A stretch of DNA of 64,000 nt from Eledone cirrhosa. Lineage: Eukaryota. A program made the position numbers and the translations under genes. The stretch lies in assembly GCA_964016885.1 (NCBI GenBank), contig OZ024742.1, forward strand, positions 322,090,001 through 322,154,000, in the 5' to 3' direction. The notes under the pieces were generated by a model. The model saw only the letters and a program-made list of their open reading frames with translations, ran no database searches and was not told the origin of the DNA. This document shows, piece by piece, positions 56,039-64,000 of this stretch (position 1 is the first letter of the stretch; every line of letters starts with the position of its first letter).

Positions 56039-56533
56039 ACATGCACACATGTGATCAATGTCAGGTCGCCCTGAGTGCTGCTAGTCATAGTCAACATATA
56101 ACCCAATACAATGTTAAATAGTTGGCTTCTCGGTTGACCAGACACCACTTGTCAATCTACATAACATGACAAAAAAGAAGGCCTTTCAAAGGGACAGATG
56201 TACGCAGTATAGGGTGAAGGACTATTCATGGCTAGTGAGTGAAGTTAAATAGAATTTACTGGAAAATGTGAACGAAAGACTAATTCTGAATAATGAATAC
56301 CTAGTTCTTATCAGACCGTCTGTTTGCTGGATGTTCATTTTTCCCAGTTCACTGTTCACTGTTCCCAATAGAGGGTGTTGTCATGTTATACGGTATGTAT
56401 TGTGCCTTTAAACCTAGTGGGTCCCATCCTTCTCCGAATCAATCACTTCACGTAATACGACTCCTTCTTCATGCGAGATACCCTTCTCTCGATTTTCTTA
56501 TACTATAGACTACGTTTCTAAAACCCCCGGATA

Positions 56534-56893
56534 AACTGTAAAACTAGAAACGTAGTCTATAGCATAAGATGTACAGAGGGTACTTGCAGAAACATGACAA
56601 CAACATACATAGGCGAGACAGCTCGTAGCATAGGTGAAAGGATAGACCAACACTGGGGGGAACTAAAAGGACGAAAAAACGGGTCAGTACTATACGAACA
56701 TGCCAGACAACAACACGATGGTAACATAGACAACATAGAAATTAGAATAATATCTAAACATAGAAATGACCCAGCAGATAGGCAAATCATAGAGGTCAGT
56801 GAAATAGAACTTAGAAGCCCAAGACTAAACAGAAAGAATGAATGGAATAACAACAACACCCAAACAAACAACACTGACCTAAGAGAAGTATAA
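56534..56893 (+). pseudogene. GIY-YIG endonuclease of a 5'-truncated Penelope-like element
   Basis: CKTRNVVYSIRC....C.....YIGETARSIGERIDQH...SVLYEH...H...RQIIE...LNRKNEW; 5' end folded back (about 56505-56563). Confidence 0.85.
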
Positions 56894-57163
56894 ATAAATA
56901 AATAAATAGATAAATAAATAAATAAATACATACACAAGCACAATAACAACAAACACATATAAACACACACTAGTAAAGATAGAATACATTAACCGATACA
57001 CAGTCACCCAATCACGAACACATCAAACAAAACACTATACACACACGCAAACGCATGCGCAAAGAAGACAAAATAAAATAAACAAACAAACAAATAAATA
57101 AATATATAGACAGACTAAATAAAAATGGCGTAGACATACAATGTCACGGGAGGAAACAATAGC

Positions 57164-57205
57164 ACCACTGACGATATTGCAGATGTGCAACGAAAGAACT
57201 TTGAT
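57164..57205 (+). ncRNA. Hammerhead ribozyme in the 3' pLTR of the GIY-YIG element
   Basis: acca CTGACGA ta ttgca-gatg-tgcaa c GAAA gaac TT tgat; same GAAAGAACTTTGA as family C. Confidence 0.7.
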
Positions 57206-57449
57206 AGACTATATATATGTGTTTGTGTCTGTATTGTATCTGTACTTTTGACCGTTGGTCAGTCAATGGCAACATTGAGGACCGAATAAATTAGATTACC
57301 GATATAAAAGACACAGAAGCGAAAAGCGAAAACCAACCAAACAGTGAGTGTGTTCTGTTATTAATTCTGGCAATATTACACAAATATGACCCTCCCCAAG
57401 TATAACAATATTTATTTCGACACACGATTTCATATAAAAAACCTCGCAA

Positions 57450-57490
<41 letters not shown>

Positions 57491-57599
57491 GAAAAAATTT
57501 GAACAGGGACAAAACAGAGAGGCAGTACAATAAATGTTTATTAATTTCACGCTCAGGAGAGTGGGGGGTAGGTGGGGGACAACAAAAAATCATAGAAAT

Positions 57600-57667
<68 letters not shown>

Positions 57668-57699
57668 ATTTCTATGATTTTTTGTTGTCCCCCACCTAC

Positions 57700-59259
57700 G
57701 GGTATGATTTTACATTCATTTAAATTATTGACGTATTGTTTTATTGATATTTTTTATCTGTTTGTCCCGAATCTTCCTCTATCGATTTTTTATCTGTTTG
57801 CAATATCGTCAGTGGTGCTATTGATATTTTTTATCTGTTTGTCCCGAATCTTCCTCTATCGATTTTAAATCGTATGGTTGATTGTAGACTTGTTCTATAT
57901 GTGACGGTATTTTAACGATAGTTATAGCTCTGATTCATCTGAATTATTGAGCCCTCTGCCGTTCATGTCGAATCTCGTTTATCGTGAACTCGTGCGCCGA
58001 TTTTTCGATACTCGATCTTTCTAATATTTTTAGCTCTGGACATAGCTATCCACCAGTTAATTTTATTGCTCATTTTTTGTCGATTCTATTGAGTGATGAA
58101 TAGCTTTTGTTTTATTTTAACATGTCTATTGAGCACTCTAATTCGATATGTGTATTTCCACATTCACTCGAATTGTTTTCGCGGATATAGGGGTCATCTC
58201 CCTTGTCTAATGCCATGTGCGTTTTTCACTGGTAGTTGGCTCCTCTGCCGCCAGGAAAAAACTCGTTGAGAAAGTAAAACTCCGTTCCCGCTTACTCTAG
58301 TAGGCTTTTATATTTATATGTGAGCTGATAGAGTACAGTCTAAGGATTTACAGAAACCCATGAAGCTAGATTTAACACCTGTCTAGTGGGTCCGGGTATG
58401 ATTTTACATTCATTTAAATTATTGACGTATTGTTTTATTGATATTTTTTATCTGTTTGTCCCGAATCTTCCTCTATCGATTTTAAATCGTATGGTTGATT
58501 GTAGACTTGTTCTATATGTGACGGTATTTTAACGATAGTTATAGCTCTGATTCATCTGAATTATTGAGCCCTCTGCCGTTCATGTCGAATCTCGTTTATC
58601 GTGAACTCGTGCGCCGATTTTTCGATACTCGATCTTTCTAATATTTTTAGCTCTGGACATAGCTATCCACCAGTTAATTTTATTGCTCATTTTTTGTCGA
58701 TTCTATTGAGTGATGAATAGCTTTTGTTTTATTTTAACATGTCTATTGAGCACTCTAATTCGATATGTGTATTTCCACATTCACTCGAATTGTTTTCGCG
58801 GATATAGGGGTCATCTCCCTTGTCTAATGCCATGTGCGTTTTTCACTGGTAGTTGGCTCCTCTGCCGCCAGGAAAAAACTCGTTGAGAAAGTAAAACTCC
58901 GTTCCCGCTTACTCTAGTAGGCTTTTATATTTATATGTGAGCTGATAGAGTACAGTCTAAGGATTTACAGAAACCCATGAAGCTAGATTTAACACCTGTC
59001 TAGTGGGTCCGGGTATGATTTTACATTCATTTAAATTATTGACGTATTGTTTTATTGATATTTTTTATCTGTTTGTCCCGAATCTTCCTCTATCGATTTT
59101 AAATCGTATGGTTGATTGTAGACTTGTTCTATATGTGACGGTATTTTAACGATAGTTATAGCTCTGATTCATCTGAATTATTGAGCCCTCTGCCGTTCAT
59201 GTCGAATCTCGTTTATCGTGAACTCGTGCGCCGATTTTTCGATACTCGATCTTTCTAAT
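57700..59259. repeat. 617-bp tandem repeat, about 2.4 copies
   Basis: Unit starts gggtatgattttacattc at 57700, 58394 and 59011; first copy has a 77-nt insertion. Confidence 0.92.
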
Positions 59260-59346
59260 ATATATATATATATAAAGAAAAAATGATAAAATCGAAAATG
59301 CAACTGGAGTCTTCTTTTTAAAAATATATATATATTTATTTGGTTC

Positions 59347-59382
59347 CTTTACCGGTTTCGCAGTTCTTCTGCTTTTCAAAAG
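59347..59382 (-). ncRNA. Minimal hammerhead, U3-A8 variant
   Basis: ctt TTGAAAA gcag-aagaa-ctgc GAAA ccgg TA aag; degenerate sister at 36745-36783. Confidence 0.7.
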
Positions 59383-59562
59383 TAGAGTTGAGATAGAGGG
59401 TGTGTGGTTTTTCTCACATCTGGTTGGTCTTTGAATGTTACTTGCACGTGACAGCCATAATTTCATTTATAACCAATCAAATTACATTTTTTTTAAAAAA
59501 GCCTTCGTGAGCCCCTATTTTTAAGTAAAATGTAATTCAAACATATATGAAAAAAACAACCT

Positions 59563-59795
59563 GGAAGGAAGTGTATTAGTCAAAAAGAGTGTCATATTCG
59601 ATACATATGAAAATGAAACAATATATGAGAAAGAAAAAAATTTTGTTTAAATCAAAGAGAAAGTAAGAGAAAGTAAGATAACCCCTCACTCTTACTTTCT
59701 CTTTGATTTAAACAAAAATGTTTTCTTTCTCATATATTGTTTCATTTTCATATGTATCGAATATGACACTCTTTTTGACTAATACACTCCCTTCC
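59563..59795. repeat. Inverted repeat, about 105-bp arms
   Basis: 59563-59669 vs 59688-59795. Confidence 0.9.
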
Positions 59796-60169
59796 ATTTT
59801 TATCTTCCGCATATAAATGATCGCGCGCGTGTGTTTATACGCGTGCTTTCATACTTGTATGTGTATATATTTAATACCTAAATCTGGATGTACATTATTT
59901 TTCAACTTATATTATATACGTATTGGTCACACATACACTATTATGCTTGCCCTCATATACGCACTTACGCACACACACATTTTCACTATACACATGCATT
60001 TGTACATACACACATATGTACATTTGTGAGTGAATATATACACATTTATACACATACCCTAACTATATTTCCTTATTTTTTTATATATATCTTGCTTTGT
60101 TTTTTTTTTGCCCGTTAAACTCTTGCCTTTCTTGAGGAGATTTTTCAAATATTTCACTGCTTTAAATTG

Positions 60170-60237
60170 CCTTGTCCGATGAACGAATGAGGACGTTTTT
60201 CGTATTCGTCTTATTCGGGAAACCTCTGGTAATGAGG
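60170..60237 (+). ncRNA. Hammerhead-like motif (C4 variant)
   Basis: ccttgt CCGATGA a cgaatgaggacg..cgtcttattcg g GAAA cc-tct-gg TA atgagg. Confidence 0.6.
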
Positions 60238-60263
60238 TAATTATATTGTATTGTTTATTATAC

Positions 60264-60314
<51 letters not shown>

Positions 60315-60527
60315 AAGGAGTGTAACGTGAAGTTACTGTAGGTTTACCCAGGTGAGCACTTGATGCTTAGGTTCACTTCAGTGGCGAGTTGTAGAGCTAG
60401 ACAGAGTGTAATATATAATAATACAAGATCGAATCTTGACCTGATCAATAGTGAAACGCGCGTCACCAATCAATAAGCGTAATGAAGGCTTAACAAATCG
60501 CCCTTGTATTATTATATTATATATATA

Positions 60528-61359
60528 CTAGCAGCAGTACCCAGCGTTGCCTGGGTAGGTAAAATTATATCTGCTTTGATGAAAAGGTGTTGATCTCAAC
60601 GACTGTTTCTCGAAGACTCATCTATGGCAACACACAGGCTATGCGGGGGAGCGTGGTGATGACCTCTATCACTGAGAAACGCGGGTGATTGACGAAGGGG
60701 TGTGCTGGGGGAAGGAGGTAATGACCTCTAACACTAAGCCAAATTTCCTCACGCTACTTGATAGGAAACCGATGAATTCCCAAATACACAACTAAAAGCT
60801 CAGACGACGTCAGTGGCCATCGTTTTGCCTGTGACCATCTATAAGATGTGCAATGATAGGTTCTATCGTAGTATAAAAGTTGAACCAAATAAATTGATTT
60901 ATGTGTGAGGTGGAGCCGAAGTTTCGAATTTGAACGAAATCGATTGAAAAATGTGGGAGCTAGAGCCGAAAAGGCGAAAATTTGAGCGAAAAGGTGGTAT
61001 TTTCGAATATTTAAGCGGCTGCCACGCCGTCCCTGAACAACAAATGCAAAATATAAAGCCATTACAGAATGTGCAATGATAAATTCTATTTTGCTTTAAA
61101 ATTTGAATGAAATCAGTGGCAAAATGTGGGAGCTAGAGCCAAAAATCTTATCTTTCGATACCTAAAAAAAGGTGGACCCCCCCCCCTCCTATCGATTTTT
61201 ATCTGCAGAATGACCCCGGAATAAAAAAAAAACGATACGCTGATATAGAAAACACTCCCCGATGACTAATCTATGAGCCTGTAAAGTTTCATGAAAATCG
61301 GTCGTAAGATGTAGGTAGGCCCCTATAGGTAATACACAGACACACACACACACATATAC

Positions 61360-61375
<16 letters not shown>
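60528..61375 (-). mobile_element. Non-autonomous Helitron-like element
   Basis: Minus-strand 3' cccaggcaacgctggg...CTAG; 5' tatataaaa..(gt)n gtctgt. Confidence 0.6.
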
Positions 61376-61405
<30 letters not shown>

Positions 61406-61940
61406 CATTGGCCTTATTTTAATGTTCGGGAATGAAAGTTGTATAGAGTTTACCTTCCAAATGGTCACAATAATAGCAGCTACGACAATGACAACAGCTA
61501 ACACAACAACAGCAACAACAATAATAATAATAGTAATAATAGTTTCAACAGAAACATAAACACCGCCATTACAACCAGCAATCACAATTCTTTCCTCGCT
61601 AAAATGGTCAAACGGCGATGTGAGAATCTCCCGTATTTTTGTTTATGAAAATTTACGCTTGTTCTCGCGTGATTTTCAAGAGACCCTCCACCGGCATTTC
61701 AATACAATAGCGTTACCTCCCTCCTTCTCTCTCTTCCTTCTCCTACTCTCTCTCTGTCAAATATTCTTCAAACTTATTTGATTATAGCTGTCATTCTGCG
61801 TATGCGTATATGCATACGTGTGTATTTACATGTGCTTGTATGCGTGTGTATGTGTGTGCGCGTACGTGTATGTATATATATATATTTATATATATTCTAC
61901 ATATTTATAAGAAAACACACACACACTCACACACACAGAG

Positions 61941-62010
<70 letters not shown>

Positions 62011-62152
62011 GTATGTATATATGAATGTATATTTATATGTGTGCGAATTTGAAAATCAGAATGAGAATCAGAGGGAGATTGTGAAATTGCAAGTGACGAA
62101 AGAAGAGAGGGAGTGAGAGAGAGAGAGGGGGAGAGAGAGAGGGGGAGAGAGA

Positions 62153-62191
<39 letters not shown>

Positions 62192-62206
62192 TGTGAGAGA
62201 GAGAGG

Positions 62207-62243
<37 letters not shown>

Positions 62244-62503
62244 AGTGGGACACAGACTGTTTGTGAGTTCCTACGTCTATCATGAAACCTAGACACAGTG
62301 CCAAGAAAAACTCTGTTGTTTTCGATTCGTTCTTTTGGAAAATTCTAGAGAAAATTGTTTGTTCACAGCGGTGCCTCGGCGCGAACCTCGCTACACCCCT
62401 ACTGCGTCAAATATTATAGAGTCCCTCACTGCTCTAAACAAATGTTACCATCATATTAAAATACCGCCATCTTGGATTCTATAAAATACTGTTGTGGAGG
62501 CAC

Positions 62504-62572
<69 letters not shown>

Positions 62573-62606
62573 TGTGTGTTTGTTTGTGACTGTGTGTAAG
62601 TGTGCC

Positions 62607-62656
<50 letters not shown>

Positions 62657-62902
62657 TTTACATATATTTATTTATAGATACATACATGCATATATGTATA
62701 TATATATACATACATACATACACACACACAGCACACATATACATATGCATATATATGTGTGCGTGTGTGTGTATATAGTTATAAAAATATCTATGTAATT
62801 TTCTATGCATCTATATGTATATATATATATATATGTATGTATATGTATGTATATATGTATGTATATATCTACATCTTTCTCTCTTTCTCTTTCGCGCTCT
62901 CC

Positions 62903-63025
<123 letters not shown>

Positions 63026-63767
63026 TATATATATATATATATATAAAGAAAGAGAGAAATTAATAGATATATAGATCATGTTTATAAATATATATATATA
63101 TTATTTACATACACGCATAAATTCATACATACACACACTCGTACATGTATGTAATTATACGTGCGTACGTATGTGTGCGAGTGCAAGTACGTGTGTATGT
63201 ATGTGTATGCGTGCGTGAACGTATATATATGTGTGTGTATGCATGGTTATTACAGTCTTTTATAACAGGTGTAAATGAATTGTGAATGCAGTGGAGTGGG
63301 GGGGGTGAAGCTGGAGAAGGAAGGGGAATGTGTAGGAGGCGGGTGAGGACGAGGCGAGAATGATAGAAGGCATGATAGTTATGAAGAGGTAGTGAAAGGA
63401 GCGGGTGGAGTGCAAATGTTTAGAGGTGGTGGATGGAGATAGTGGGTAGAAGGAGGAGGGGGATGTCGGCTGATGTTCAATTAGCGTGACGTGTGCAAAA
63501 GTTTGGCGTTTGTCTGTTGTGGTTGAGAATGGCCGACTAGTGGGGGCCAGTCAGATATTCGGGGCTATCACGCGAAATCTTAAGGTTATTCGGTGCATTC
63601 TCATCTCTCACACACACACACACACATGTACACATACAAACACGCACAAACAGACATAAATATAACCAAACACACACTCAAATACATAATCATATGTGTG
63701 TGTGTGTGTGTACGTACGTGGGTTTGTGTGAATGTATGTATGTATATGCATGTATGTATATACATGC

Positions 63768-63810
<43 letters not shown>

Positions 63811-63819
63811 TTATTTATA

Positions 63820-63902
<83 letters not shown>

Positions 63903-64000
63903 GTATATATATATATTATATATATATATTATATATATAAATAAATAAATATATATATATTTATGTATATATATATATATTATATATAAATAAATAAATA

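Noticed and set aside
58322-58370. HHR inside the 617-bp unit (ctgataga...gaaac)
   Set aside because: Core spacing is wrong and stems do not pair.

Overview
AT-rich, microsatellite-saturated animal DNA; the repeat content looks like a coleoid cephalopod such as octopus (inference). I find no supportable host gene. Identifiable elements are two near full-length Tx1/L1-clade LINEs on the minus strand (12.5-18.3 kb with an intact 1145-aa ORF2; 41.6-47.3 kb, frameshifted), a GC-rich CRE-like PHD-RT-RLE retroelement relic (32.3-34.6 kb), RTE, Helitron and mariner relics, about 10 copies of a tRNA-derived SINE, hAT MITEs and minisatellites. The most striking unexplained structure is in the short segments between (TA)n tracts. 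Many fold by eye into type-I hammerhead ribozymes (HHRs): more than 15 motifs from about 10 unrelated families, several with non-canonical cores (U3-A8 covariation, A4, C4). Many of these segments are fold-back palindromes with one longer 'tailed' arm. One HHR lies directly downstream of a Penelope-type GIY-YIG ORF, which ties the system to Penelope-like elements. One such HHR hairpin encloses the CRE-like LINE between 48-bp inverted repeats and an 11-bp direct repeat. All structures were folded by eye; no searches were run.
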